The notes: generated from the letters alone by a model not told the origin. A stretch of 64,000 nt of DNA from Podarcis pityusensis (GCA_964106645.2 OZ067054.1); one strand, 5' to 3'. Counted from the stretch's first letter, positions 50,156-63,469 are shown. Program-made: numbers and translations.

Positions 50156-52848
50156 CAAGGAATTTGATTCACCGGGAGACTTGTCCTGATGACAGTGGTA
50201 TATATTGAAGTAATACATACTCAAGCTAAAAATAAGACAGTGAGAGGATTCTATTCACTGAACAGCTGCCCTTGAGAGGACAGGTAATATATGGAACCTT
50301 AAGAGCAGGAGCATCATGCATGAATGGCTAGTGGAAACATTCTGGATTTTATTGCCCAAACTGCTCAGCATTTTTGCTATTGAAATGGCACGTCTCACCC
50401 TTTAAATCCAGACATTTGTGAACCCCAAGTATTTATTTATTTTTAATTGCCTTCTACTCACATGGCTTTCTTAAAACAAGTTTTTAAATAAAAAAATAGA
50501 TACTAGGGGTTGTCTTTGTCTATTTACATTCTAGTCGCTGAAGTCTTTTCTGAATAGTGTCACCTGCTCATTTGTTTCTTTGTATGCTTGTTTCTGTTGC
50601 GTTTCTGTCACTGGCAAACACATTTTTATAGCGGTACCCAGCTATTTAAACAGAGCTACTTAGATTGAGATGTGCATGTGTGTTTGTGGCTGCCACAAGT
50701 TCTTACTGGATTTTACTACATGAGCTTTAACTGCTCAGCACTTGTGTGTCCCTGGAAAATATAGAGCCTTTCTTCTCCAACAGTGCCCTACCATTTCAAC
50801 AATCTCTTCCTATTTTGCTGCTGTTGTTAAGTCACAGGGGACCAGTTTGTACATCCTTATCAGAATCTGCTCTGTGAGTCAAGTTTGACGGCTAGGTGGG
50901 GTTGCTCACTTGTCAATCTCATGCCGTCACATGATTGACAGAGCACCCACCTGTTAAAACCCCTTGCACTTTGCAAATCCACTTTAAAGCCCCCAGTCGT
51001 CCCTATTTTCCCATTGCAGAGCTAGTACCAGTTTCAGCTTTAGATCTGGAAAACGGGGCAAAGATTAAAAATCTCATTGCACAGCACCACTCACAACTGG
51101 AGCTCCCAACAGCAGCTTTCAGGTTTTAAAAATTAAGATACTGGGGGATCTGACATGGAACTCTTGCATCTCATGTAGTTTGGGCCTTAACTCTTATTAA
51201 AAACAAGGGGTACATACTCAATATTTTTTTAAAAATAAAAATTACTAAGCTTGATTCCGGACTAGCCAAAGCACTCTGTGATTCTCTGAATGTAACCTGC
51301 AGTCTGCATATACTTGAGTCCCAGAGGAAGTAGCCTGGACTTGAAGATATAGCCCACAGCCTGTATGTTTTCCTTGTACTGATTTCATGACAGGTTTTAG
51401 CAGGACTTCCCTTGCCCATAATGGTATATCATCTTTCTGTGGTAAGCATGTACAAGTGCTGAAAGATCACTTTGGGCTGGGAAGATTCAGGATGTGCCTT
51501 CCTGCTCTCTTCCTTTCCACCCAGGACTAGGAGGTCTGCTATGTGGAATGGCAGAGTGGGGAGCCTTTGGCTTCCATGCGTCTTTTTGCTTTGTTTCTAA
51601 GGGCCTGCACAGCCACACACGTATCTCCCGAGAGGGAGACAGCCCGTGAGTCTTGGGGTTGAGGACATCAAGGATGGCACTTTGCTCTCTGACTTCCCAC
51701 CTGTAGCATCCTGTTTCTCACTAAGAGTCGTACAAAGGAGGGCAGCTTGAGTCTGCACATTCCTTGAAAAAACGGCTGATTTAGAAGCATTGTGCATATC
51801 AATCAGACTATGCAATTGGTTCTGTGTTGTTTTGGAAGGGGGAAATGGTTGAGAGCTCCTGAAAAATACATCAGGATAAGATCACAACGTGTGCAACCAG
51901 TGGGGAAACAGCAGGAGTCATTTCTGAAAATTGATCCATTTGGAAAAGATAGATCCCTTGTGAGTTACTAAAACATCCTTGTATTTCTGGGTTTTCAGGC
52001 AATTCTCTAACAAATTCTAATAACACCCAAGTGGCAGGTCTGTGGGCATTACTCTCACAGAACTGCAGGGCGAGAGTGAGGCTTCATTTACCTCTGAGCA
52101 TACCTTCAGAGGAGGAGGTGCAGTTGTCATGCAAATAAGCATTCTGGCAAATTTCATTCCCATTATAAATCTAACTTTAAACCTGCATGGAAATACCCTG
52201 AAACAAGGTCTTTCAAAGCACTAATAAACACTCTTCACAGATTAGTTCACATTGCTCAGATTACAGAGTGACACAAGCGAGGTGCACAACCATCTCAGCT
52301 GTGCTTGTAGGACAAGGGATAGTTTTGCAGCAACGGGAGGCCAAAGAAGGAAACCAACCCTCTTCGAGAGGAAGGAAAACGTGGTGATCTAGTGGGATCA
52401 GCAAGCAAGCAATTCATTTGCTCCCTGGGCTGTCATTCCAGGCTCACTACAGATAGTTTAGCTCTTAGTACATGTTAAGTGCTGTAGAAATAATATATGA
52501 TGACTATGTCTTTGCATATACCACTTCTGCAACACATATTGGAATCTGACTGTTTCAGTGGAGTTGTTATACAGTGAGCGGGTAGCTTTTATGAAGGATA
52601 GATGTACCATACACGCCAACTGCTTCGTAGGACCTGTTCACTGGCAGGCAGAGAGAGAGACACAAGAAATTCAAAGCAGCCATTGCCCACACACTCTTTC
52701 CCATAGACCTGCAACAGCTGAATCCTGGCAAAGGGGGGCCTATTCAGACTGTGAGCTGGTCCACAAGAGTGAATGAAAGAGCACGGCTAAATACTAATCC
52801 ATCTTTCCATCTGTTAAACCATGCACTTTCTCCCTGATTCCTTGCCAG

Positions 52849-52971
52849 GACCGGCTTCTTTAAAGAAGTCAGGGAAGCTGGATTTCTGCAGTGCCCTGTC
52901 CTCCCACACCACCTCCCCGAGAATGGCTTTCACCCATCACCCGCTGCCTGTCCTAGCAGGAGTCAGACCAG
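52849..52971 (+). CDS. NFIX: NFIX coding exon 7 (123 nt, frame-preserving; [41 protein letters not shown])
   Basis: Acceptor ccttgccag|GA and donor CCAG|gtgaga, phase 1-1. Peptide lies in ORF 52821..53057. Confidence 0.97.
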
Positions 52972-53106
52972 GTGAGAACAAAGCCATTTTCTTAGGGGGG
53001 GGAATGGGTGGATTGTGGGCAAGGGTGGGGAGGCAAGGGCCAGAGCTGTCTCCCTGAAAGGGCATGTCAGAGTTCTCAGTCATGTCGGTTCTGGCAATGG
53101 TCTCCT

Positions 53107-53107
<1 letters not shown>

Positions 53108-53141
<34 letters not shown>
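53108..53141. repeat. (CT)n microsatellite
   Basis: Seen directly, about 140 nt downstream of exon 7. Confidence 0.97.
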
Positions 53142-53147
<6 letters not shown>

Positions 53148-53626
53148 TGTTCTTTCATTTTCTTGCTTTCTCTTTCTGCTGCTGAGGCAGCTTAACACAA
53201 GGATTGTATAATGCATCCTGGAAGACGGATCACTTTGGTGGGATGGGGTTTTTACCAAGTTTTCTTGCTCCATTAATCCGGATCGACTTGGGCAACATCG
53301 AGTCAAAGATGACCATAGTGGACTAGATGTTCTGGTTTGACATACAGCAGTTTCGTATGCTCCTATGAGAACCCTATGGAAAAAGAGTGTCCAGAATTAA
53401 TTGGGTTTAGATTTAAATATCTGGAAAAAACACATGTAGAACATCCATTGGGGTGTTAAATATTAAATTCTAACAGACACCACAAAGTAGCACATCAAGG
53501 TACACTCAGGTTTGTATGTTGCATTTCCTTCACCCTCACCCCACCCCGCAAATTAGCTTTCTACCCCCCAGATTAAAACAACAACTGCTATGGAGTTGTA
53601 AGCCCCACTGAAGGGAAGGTGACTTA

Positions 53627-53826
53627 NNNNNNNNNNNNNNNNNNNNNNNNNNNNNNNNNNNNNNNNNNNNNNNNNNNNNNNNNNNNNNNNNNNNNNNNNN
53701 NNNNNNNNNNNNNNNNNNNNNNNNNNNNNNNNNNNNNNNNNNNNNNNNNNNNNNNNNNNNNNNNNNNNNNNNNNNNNNNNNNNNNNNNNNNNNNNNNNNN
53801 NNNNNNNNNNNNNNNNNNNNNNNNNN
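53627..53826. other. Assembly gap (200 N)
   Basis: Run of exactly 200 N within NFIX intron 7. Confidence 0.99.
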
Positions 53827-54184
53827 GGATCCAGTACGGAACTGAATTTCCCAAGTTGTTCTCTTTTAATGAAATACAGCTGTGGGGGGCTACCAGTTTA
53901 GCTGAGCAACAATGTCCTGCCCCATCCCATTTTCCAAATAAAAAATATCCCCCAGGTACTGTATGAGAGGAGGATGAGTTAAAACACCTTCCCCCAGCAT
54001 TTCATTGAAAAAGAAAATGTTGGGTGAAACAGTCACATAATTTTTGCATAACAATGAAGCTTGAAGTGAAGGACATATGTAGTTTGGTGGATCTCCCTGT
54101 GCAGAGAACTGGCCAGTAAGCACACCCTGCCTTGTTCTCTAGCAGTTATCACCCTCTGAGATGATGAAACTTTTTTTTTTTTTG

Positions 54185-54275
54185 TTCCCAATCCCTGGAG
54201 TTCTCCCACCACTGTTTGCTCAACCACATTGCACAGGACTGGCAAGTTTGAAATTGGCTTGTAATTGCCTAACAA
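54185..54275 (-). mobile_element. L2/CR1-group reverse transcriptase fragment
   Basis: ORF 54033..54275 begins GNYKPISNLPVLCNVVEQTV, matching the non-LTR RT motif NYRPISNLPFLxKxxE. Confidence 0.65.
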
Positions 54276-54677
54276 TTACAATCCTATACATGCCTACTCA
54301 GAAGTAAATCCGGGTGTGGAATCTGCTTCCAGGTAAGTGTGTATAGGGTTGCAGCTTAAATTGTATATGATTGCCCAGAAGTATTTTTAAAAGACTGCAG
54401 GGGACAATCCAGCTGTAATGATACTCTCAGTATTGTGGCAGCACAAATCTTTTCCATAGTCCTATTCAGTCAACCCTTTGAAGCTGTTTTGTCTGCTGAT
54501 CAGGAACTGCAAAATGCTCAGTAGAAGATAAATTTGTTTTAAACATATTTAGACACTGAATATGGCATTTCTGACCTGATGGAGCCATGCTCCTCTTGGA
54601 CTGCCTCTTGCATCAAGCACCCACTTGCAACTGAGCTGCTTGTGCATTTTCGGTAGTTCTGCTTTTTAACATCTGAA

Positions 54678-54895
54678 TAATTATATGCACAATTATACAC
54701 AAAAATATGTAGATTATGCATACAATATGTATAAAAGAGTCGGACTTCATTTCTGCAGGATAATTTCGTGTGTGTCCATACATATACACGCATATATGTA
54801 TACAATATATACAACATATACATAATATACAACATGTATATACAACATATACATACAATAATGTGTATAATAATGCATATAATATGCAATAAATG
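54678..54895. repeat. AT-rich low-complexity (TATACA-like) tract
   Basis: Degenerate atatac/aacata repeats; it explains the I/Y/C/M-rich spurious ORFs at 54539-54959. Confidence 0.8.
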
Positions 54896-55861
54896 TTTGT
54901 ATTTCTAGCAGAACTGATAAAGAATTAACTTGCTTTTCATTGTGATCAAGGAGCAACACGAGAATTAGAAAAGATTCATGCAGATAAGCTCAACATCAAG
55001 AGTTTCAAAAATTGCATCCCTAAGCTGAGATTTCTCATGAACAGATCCCTAGTTTTATGCTGCTGCTTTTTTCATTGATGTTGCTCCCTAATCACCTTTG
55101 AGAGCAGCCTTCATTGGCTGAGTTTTGTTGCAATTTCTTTGTTCAATTTAAAATAATATTAATCCTGCCACCTTTCATTTTAGCCCATTCCACCTTCCTT
55201 TGCATTTAGCTGCCACAGAGAACAAGTTTCCTGCCATGATTCTACCTGCCCAGTGCAGCCAGCAGCCAGTTATTCTGTGTAACTGCCTTGCTATCATCCG
55301 TATTCCCTGTTCCACCATCTGTCTAGTTGTGTATCAGTGTGTAGGAGGAACTTCAGCCACACAGGAGAGTCAATCCCCAGTCCACAACAGCTGGTTCCTT
55401 TGCTGACTCCCCTTCCCCATTTCCCTGTGAGTTACTAATGTTCCAGTTATTCCCAAGGAGAGGAATATGTCTTGCCCTTTTGCCCTTGTGTGCTTGGGGG
55501 AAAGTTAGGTGTTATTGTCATTATATTTATTTGTAAAGTGCCTCCAATGTACAGTGCAATGCAAGTGGAATAAGACAAGTCCTTGTCCTAATGAGCTAAT
55601 AATCTTAAATTAGATGCGGGGAGGAGGAGGGGAAACAATAAAGGGCATAAAAGGATGGGAGAGGGCATGGTAATTGTAGATGAATATTTTAGAAATGTAG
55701 CTCCCTGTGCTTGTACTTTATTTTGATGACGGGTGGCGGTGGCGTTGATTAAAACAATTGTGTAAAAAATATAGATTTAAGGCAGAGGACTTCAACATCT
55801 TGTCACAAAATATGATGGGGGATACATGCACATAAGCAAAGGTACCCCCCCTCGATGGCTG

Positions 55862-55862
<1 letters not shown>

Positions 55863-55899
<37 letters not shown>
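55863..55899. repeat. (TG)n microsatellite
   Basis: Seen directly in the sequence. Confidence 0.97.
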
Positions 55900-55906
<7 letters not shown>

Positions 55907-56372
55907 TATGGTATATATATGGAGAGAGAGAAACAGAGAGAAACACACACTTATTGCATGCTTATAGGTAAACATGCATGGATGTGGAAGACACGCAAGA
56001 TGTGTAACACACACAGGTGTGTGGCATGCCCTGCTCAGATCCCTCTGCATCTGCTTTCACATCTTTGCAAATTCTCACCCACCTGTGCTCTTGTGAAAAA
56101 AGAGCAGTTTCCTCACCCTGCCAGGGTTGAGGGAACCCTCAATTCCAACAAATGAGACAAAATGGCGCCCCTTCCCCTTATAGCAAGGATGTCGGGGTGG
56201 GTGTTTCTGTTGAGTATAAGCATCAGTTGGGCTGTGTAGAATGGAAGCAGCATGGCATGGGGTTGTTACTGACATCTCTTTCTGTCCCCCCTTCCCTCTC
56301 TCTCTCTCTGTCTCTCTCTCTCTGTCTCTCTCTCTCTCTCTGCTTCTGTCCATCTGTCCTTACACTCTCCAG

Positions 56373-56548
56373 GAAGCCCCCGTGCCACAGCCTCGGCCCT
56401 GCACTTCCCATCAACCTCCATCATCCAGCAGTCCAGCCCCTACTTCACACACCCGACCATCCGCTACCACCACCACCACGGCCAGGACTCGCTGAAGGAA
56501 TTTGTGCAGTTTGTATGCTCGGACGGCTCAGGCCAGGGCTCCGGGCAG
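56373..56548 (+). CDS. NFIX: NFIX coding exon 8 (176 nt; [58 protein letters not shown])
   Basis: Acceptor actctccag|GA and donor GCAG|gtaaga. Manual translation gives the NFI motif [10 protein letters not shown]...[12 protein letters not shown]; this frame is missing from the ORF track. Confidence 0.97.
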
Positions 56549-57490
56549 GTAAGAGCCATGCACCTCAGCCCAGGGATGCCGGCCTGTCCAACCAGAAACC
56601 CCCACCCTACAACCCTTCTCCACCTCCTACCCCTCTCTGTCTCCCTCCCTCCCTCTGCCTGTCTGCCTGTCTGCCTGCTTGCCTAGGGCACATGGAAGTC
56701 AGTAGCACAGGAAGCAGGATTACCAAGGCCTGTGGGTCTGGAAGAAATGGGGTCTTTTTTTCTTGAAGGAACGGTCTGACTGACACTGGCTTGCTCTTGG
56801 CAGCTGACATTGGCCTCTGAAAATAGACAGTGTTCCAAGTTACAATGTTCAGGCTAGGGAGAACTGCCCTGAGGGCACCAAGGATATTGGAGCTTGCTTT
56901 GGAGGGTGGATAAGAGGAATATAATTTATTCAGAAGACGGGCTTCTTTTCTGCTTGTCATTCCGCCTTGTGTGGGACATGACCTCCAAAGGGAGGGCGCA
57001 TGTCTGTATGGCCCAGACAGGCTTTTCCCCCTGTTGCCCCATTTTCTTGCCCCTCTCCTATCTGCCACCCTCTTTTCATAGGATATATTTCTGAAGGGCT
57101 TTGAGTGTTCTAAAACCTGGAGTATTTTGGATTCTGTGGTACAGGAGGAGATCCCAGAGGGCTGTACTGAGCACATTCTAGAATGTGGAACCTCTGTGGA
57201 ATTGGTGAAGGTTACAGAGTGGCAGGATTCAGAGATGTCAGGTTTTGCAGAATTGTTAGATGGCAGAAGAATTAATGTACCTAGAAGATGGAACTTTTCC
57301 GTGCACCATGGGCTTCAGAAAGTGGGACCTTCTGAGACGAAGGTTTGAAATGTACCTCAAGTACTTGGTTCGTACTAGAAAATATGCTTTAGGTGATAAG
57401 TTTCACCTCAGAGGTAGTCAAAGGGAGCCCTTCTGACTGGCATGTGAGGAAGCAGGATTGCGATGAGATGCAGTATTGCCTCCCACATCC

Positions 57491-57553
57491 TAGAATCATA
57501 GAGTTGGAAGAGACCACAAGGGCCATCGAGTCCAACCCCCTGCCAAGCAGGAA
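57491..57553 (-). mobile_element. CR1 LINE 3' tail
   Basis: Reverse complement ttcctgcttggcagggggttggactcgatggcccttgtggtctcttccaactctatgattcta shows the CR1 terminal hairpin and ATTCTATG-type repeat. Confidence 0.8.
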
Positions 57554-60164
57554 TCCTGTAATGCATCAGCCCAGTACAAGTTTTGCAGGCGAAGAAGAAT
57601 ATTGGAAGAGAAATGTTCATCTTTAAGCCTCCTTTTAATGAAGATATTGGACCAAAGTTGCTTCCATATTAGACCTCTGCTTTACCATCATTTCCTAGAA
57701 GTGAAATTGAAATTGAACTGCCAAATGGTATACTATAATGTTAACCAGCAATGCCCTATCCTATGATCAAGGTTCTTCTATAATGCTATTTATGCACAAG
57801 TCAGTCACATCGAGCAGATGTTCCCCTATAATGCTAATTAAAAGTATCATCCTTGTATATTTTGCCCATTTTATCACTTCTTGTTTGGTGGTGAATTGCC
57901 CCATAATTAATCAGCTTCTATTTCCTGCAGAGTAAGTGTGCTTTAAAATACTGGTTTCCTTCTATTTCCCCCCTCTCCTTTTCTTTGCTTTATAGCAGAA
58001 TAACAATATTTTGCCCTCAGAAAGAAAAGAAAAAATAATGCTAGTAAATCAGTAGTGTGACACACACACATACATCACAGGAAACAGAAGCTGAGTAAAG
58101 GGATAGTTCCTTACTATCCCACAGCTGCACTAAAAACAAAGCAATGACTGAATCTACAAACAAGAAGCTTTTGATTAAAAGCACAGTATCCCTTAAACAC
58201 ATCAGTAGCACCTTGCCTGTCAAGCATGGTGCTACAATTACCTTTTACATCATAAAAATGGCTGTATATTAGGTTTGAAAAACTCAGGATGGCTTCACAG
58301 ACGTTGCTGGGAAGCAAGGATTTGGCAACAATATTACGTGGACTCCTTGTTTTTAAAAGGTGAACAAAGAATGGCAATTTCAGAATAAAGGGCTAGTGTG
58401 GAAGCAACCCAGCTAGCACAAGCTCCAAAGAGCCTTTAGCCTACCAAGAAATATTTTGGAAGAGTAGCCGTGTTGCCACAAGGCAGCAAAAAGACCAAGC
58501 CAAGCTGCTAAGTTTCTAAGGTTCCCCAGCACCCTTTGTCTTTGGTCAAACCTAGCATAGTTTCCAAGTCAGATTTAACTGTTCTGGTTTAGCCAAGAGT
58601 CTCCACCATTCACCAGAGCATCTGGAGTAGCAGTGAAACTGCTACAGAGATCACGCAGTAGAAACACTGGCAAAACTGAAAGCCAAGGCGTCGCCATGAA
58701 AAAGCTTGTGATGGCTCATCCTCATGGTCTTCGTAATCCTTGTATCCCATGTTGGCTCCTGCTTCACTGAGAGCACATAGCATTGGACACCCATGCAGAA
58801 TGAAGATGGTCATCCCTTGAATCCTGCTAGGACCTTAGCCAGATTAGAGAATCTGATGGTGTAGGAAGATCAAGAAATCCAAGGAAATAAAGTTGGTGGG
58901 TTGCAGAAGAGATTCAGGGGGGTCCATTCGCTATGGTTGCTGAAGAAGGGAGCGATGGCCGCTGTTTCTTTTCAGGGCTAACAAAAGTAAGGAACCAATA
59001 AAATCACTTCAGATGCCACACCTTCAAAACATAAAGCTGTTTTTTCTCTGATTTAAGTCCTACCCAGGAATTCCATGCTCTTTCCACGGACTTGTCATAA
59101 GTCTTGACATATGGGGTCCTATAACCACCATTCCTTCACTTCTTGATACATGGCAGGCAAAAACTGAGCTGGGAAAACAGTTTTTCCAAAGCTGCTGAAA
59201 TTAGATTTGTGATACATGAGGTGTTTTCTTGTATCCCCAGCTCACCAGCTCTGTGACGTAACTGAATTTCAGAGTTTCTTTATTATTTAAAAGGCGTCTA
59301 AGATTTCTCTTTCTGTGGCTTAGTGCTAAAACTTAGGTGCTACAGGTTCCAAATCTAGAAGGTGGACCTAGGTGGCTGCTACAAAATCTCACAACACTTT
59401 CTAAGGACCAGACACTTGATTTTTGGAGACGTGTTTAGCATTTGCTGAGATGGAGAAGAGAAATCTTGTATGTACACAAAGGCATTTTATCAGCTCGTGG
59501 TTCTTTGTGAGCAAAATGTACCTATGGTTCTTTAAGCCTACATAGTTAGGACCCAAAGCCTACAGACGGAAAGCTAAAGTGAGTCAAAAAGTATCCTCTC
59601 AGTACTAAGTCACATATTACTACAGTCGTTCTCTTTGGGCAGCCATATTGAGTCACAAGCTGCCCTAGTTGATGGGCTGTCTTAGGGCTTCAATGCCATT
59701 CCAGCCAGGCCTCAGGGTGCCCAACGGAGAGCACATTCAATTGCTAATTACTGAGCTGTAGCCTTTGACAACGCAGCTTGCAGTGATATGCGGTAAGACA
59801 TAATTCCAGTCAAAACTGTGGTTTTAATGCCTTGCCATCAGAGTGGAAGAATCCTTGTTCAGACTGCCAGTCAAGCAGGAACACAGGGAGCCCCTGGATG
59901 ATGATTAAGGCTGCCTGAGTCTCTTGTGGCAAGCAAGGAGAATGTACATGCTTGAAAGTTAGGAGATAGGGAGAGCTTGAGGGAGGCAAGGGGAAGATTT
60001 AAGTTCACAATATGATTTTTAAAAAAGAAGACGGGGGAGAAAAAGACCTTCCCTCTTGAAAAACAAAACAAACAAAAACACCCTAAGAGCTGCCAGCAGC
60101 AGATACTGCATCTTTAACGTTGCCTTGTCTCGTTCACGCATCACTGTATTTATGTTGTTCGCAG

Positions 60165-60312
60165 CCTAACGGTAGCGGCCAGGGCAAAGTCACGGGGTCA
60201 TTTTTGCTGCCGCCGCCACCACCTGTGGCCAGACCAGTGCCCCTTCCAATGCCTGATACAAAATCCACCAGCACTAACCCAGAGGGCGGAGCGCCGACAC
60301 CAACGTCACCCT
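60165..60312 (+). CDS. NFIX: NFIX coding exon 9 (148 nt, alternatively spliced; [50 protein letters not shown])
   Basis: Acceptor gttcgcag|CCT and donor CCCT|gtaagt. Proline-rich activation segment in ORF 60120..60332. Confidence 0.96.
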
Positions 60313-61809
60313 GTAAGTGGACCCAAGCGTAACCCAAACCACCGAGCGAAGCAAAATAAAAATCCACCTCTTCCCCACCCACTCACACACCACCAACCCC
60401 TTCGCTAGGGGTTGAGCAGGGCAGAAAGGACCTAGTGAGCAGGAGGAAAGAGGAGCCAAGGAAGGGCAAAGAAGGAGAAGCAGAGAAGAATGCACACAGG
60501 TGTGGCAGAGGCGGAAGGAAGAGGCACCTGAGAGAAGAAAGGGATGCAGAGCGTTAGAGAGAGACGAGTGGAGGGGTGAGAGGGGGACAAGCAGCAGAGA
60601 GAGTGAAAGGGTGGGCTTGGGGGCACCATGTCGTCATCATCAAGTCTTGTGCTTTATACTTGTTTTAAAGGTTGAAACACCCCATCTGATCCCTTCCCCA
60701 GCTGCCATCAAACCCTCCCACCTTCCATCCCATCCCCCAGCGTTTAAAGATGCAGTAGGCTGCCAAGCTCCGACACCTTTAATTTTTTTATTATTATTAT
60801 TCATTAAGTTGTTGGTTGTCATGGTGGCTCCTGGGTAGGGTTGGGTTTGGGTTTTTTTTGTTGGTTCCTTTTTTTTTAAGGGACGGAAAATCAACTGTAC
60901 ATATTAAATTCTGAGAAGAAGAATTACTGCTAGGTGTTTTGCTTTTCATAATACGAGGGAGGGTTGTGTTTACAGGTGTTCATCTGGTGCCTGAAAAATC
61001 AACTTCCATTGAGATCCATAGCAAGCTTCCTGTCATGCCCTAAGTTGTGGTCTGTGCTTTTTTTCCTGGAGAGCGTCTGCCTGCAGGGGTGCGGAGGCAA
61101 AGTTGGGAACTAGGATTCCCTGAGAATGTCCCCAGTGTTTTGTGAGAAATGAGAGCCCAGACATTTGACTGTCCCACCTTCAGGAGGGCGGCTGTGTTAT
61201 ATGACTCAGGGTGGTGGCGATGGTTGTGAGCCAGGATGCCTGGTTCTGTTCTCATCTTCGGGGGACATGGTGGGCCCACCAGACCTATTTGAGGAAGGGT
61301 GGGGCACCAGGATCCCCGGCTTCTCCCATTATGAAGTAGTTGACTTGCGAACTTTCTTGGCTTAGGTGAGGCCCCTTGGGAGAAAGGATCGGCTACCACT
61401 TCCATTTTCCTTTTGTTTTCTCTCCTTCCCTTTCTTTTCCTTTTTCCTTTTTTTTCTCCTTTTCTACATCTGTGCTCATGGCATTGCTCACTCCCACGCT
61501 GTTCATATTCTCCATTAAACTGATGGTGGTGCTGTAGGGGGTGGGGGACGTGAGTGACGAAGGGATGGGCAACAGGTTGTAGGCATGGCAGGAGATGCTC
61601 TAGTCTCGTATGTCTGGGTTGCTGCCTTTCCCATTTTTTAGGAGGGCTAACAAACAAAAAAAGTCAGGAAGTGTGTGAGGCACTGTGGTTCTCTGTGAGG
61701 TTGAGACCAGGCACCTCCAGGTACTAAGAGCTAGTCCACATGATCAGTAGACTCAGCGTAAAGTGCTGGTGCTGGCCTGAACCCTGTCAGGCTGCAAGCA
61801 TGGGAACTG

Positions 61810-62046
61810 AATTTATTTATTTATTCGATTAATTGTTCATTACACTTATATCCTTCCTTTCCTCCAATGAGCTCAAGGTGACCCACAGATCCCTCTCCAT
61901 TTTATCCTCACAACAATCCTGTGAGGTAGGTGGAATGCTGAGCAGGGACTGACTAGTCCAAGGTCAACTAGGGAGTTTCATGACTGGAGTAGTGATTTGA
62001 ACCCAGGTCACACAGGTCAAAGTCCAACACTCTAACCAGTAGGCTA
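61810..62046 (-). mobile_element. MIR/Squam3-like tRNA-CORE SINE
   Basis: attttatcctcacaacaatcctgtgaggtagg core, atttgaacccagg reverse B box and (TTTA)n tail. Confidence 0.65.
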
Positions 62047-63469
62047 AACAGTCTCTTGTTGTTCCTGCTGCTGTTGTTATGAGCCTTAAATTGAATGACT
62101 GCTTGAATACTCCCTTATGTGAAAAACAACAACAACCGCCAATCACCTCCCTCCCTTATGTTCAAAATCAGCATGTCAGCAAGAAGACTGGCCCAGAACC
62201 ATTATCTTTCTTTTTTTCACTTGCTCATTTTGTGTGTGTGTGTGTTTGTTTATTTATCTGAAGAGGAGGAACATTAAAATATCCAGCCCTCTACCCACAG
62301 CCTGAAGCACTACAGTCCGGCAACAGATATCCCACATGAGTCTGCTGGTGGTGCAGCTCAGCTCTATGTGGTAGCTGGAGGCTGGCACACAGTGCTTCTT
62401 CCAGTGTTACATTGTGGGCAAGGGAGCACAGGGGGAACCTTTTTCTTCTTGCTACCAATTCCTGCAATCACTGTTGGAAGCCAGGCCTTAAACTCACCAA
62501 GGAAGAGCTGCTGGCTCCCTACTAAGCTCCTACAAAGATGAGCAGCAGAGAAAACCCTCTTAGGGTATTGGCTGTTAGAGGCTGGGTATGAAGACGAAAT
62601 GCCACACTGGGTTCTCGTATGCATGCGCATGCATGTTAGCATGTGATTGCAGAACCTCTCGCAATCTCATAAGCAAAGTTTGGCCCAGACTGGTTTCCAT
62701 ACTGGAGTTGTACTTTAGGGTGGGGGAATCTCCCATGCCTGTTCCCTGCCCCTCACTCAGCCTCCCTGAGAGCTTTGCCCTCCTCTGCCACCACACTAAA
62801 TACCAAAGGACTGAGCTCAGTTATTTCTGGCACACAGCATTATGCCCAGGGGAGGCACGCAGACCACGGGACTCCATCTCCTGGCAGACCCATACAAGGG
62901 CATGTTTGGGGATGCCATCCACCCTGCCATTGGGCAGGAGGCTTGTCTCAGGCTGCTAATAGGACTCTTGAGCTCAGAAGCCCTGGCAACCTCTAGGGTC
63001 AAAGGGAAAACTAGGCCAGGAGATTTAGATGTTGGGCCATGAGAGAGAGGGGGAGAGCGAGCATGCTCAAGCGAAGCAAAGGCTGTGGAACGATGGCCAG
63101 AGTCTCCCTTACTTCCATCCCAATCCAGGCCAAGCTCACACAAGACTGCACCGCCTGATCGAAGAGGAGCATCCAAGGATCCCTTGAAATGCCACAGAGG
63201 TTGCTGGGATGTGTGGCTTCACTGAGGCCTCTCTAGAAACAGTTGCTCCCTCAGGGAGCTGCTGGGTAGTGTGTGCAGTCAAGCTGGCCAAATCTGTCAA
63301 TGCCCATAACCCCCATCTCTCAAGCAGCGAGCTTTGTCCCTCTTCACAGCAGGTCACACTCACAACCTGTAGGTGGCTATCCTGTTCTGGGGAGGGTGGG
63401 AGGAGTTGTGCCCAGTCTCTCTTTAGATTTTTTTCTGTCTCGAACCTCATCTGGCAGGCCTTCATCTGA

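Noticed and set aside
53619-53966. Poly-X ORFs
   Set aside because: Artefact of the N gap.
56152-57176. 204-aa and 189-aa ORFs over exon 8
   Set aside because: Off-frame or antisense shadows of NFIX exon 8 plus (CT)n repeats; the true frame is set by the splice phases.
61040-61657. 205-aa minus-strand ORF
   Set aside because: Low-complexity K/R run from a pyrimidine tract; no homology recognised.
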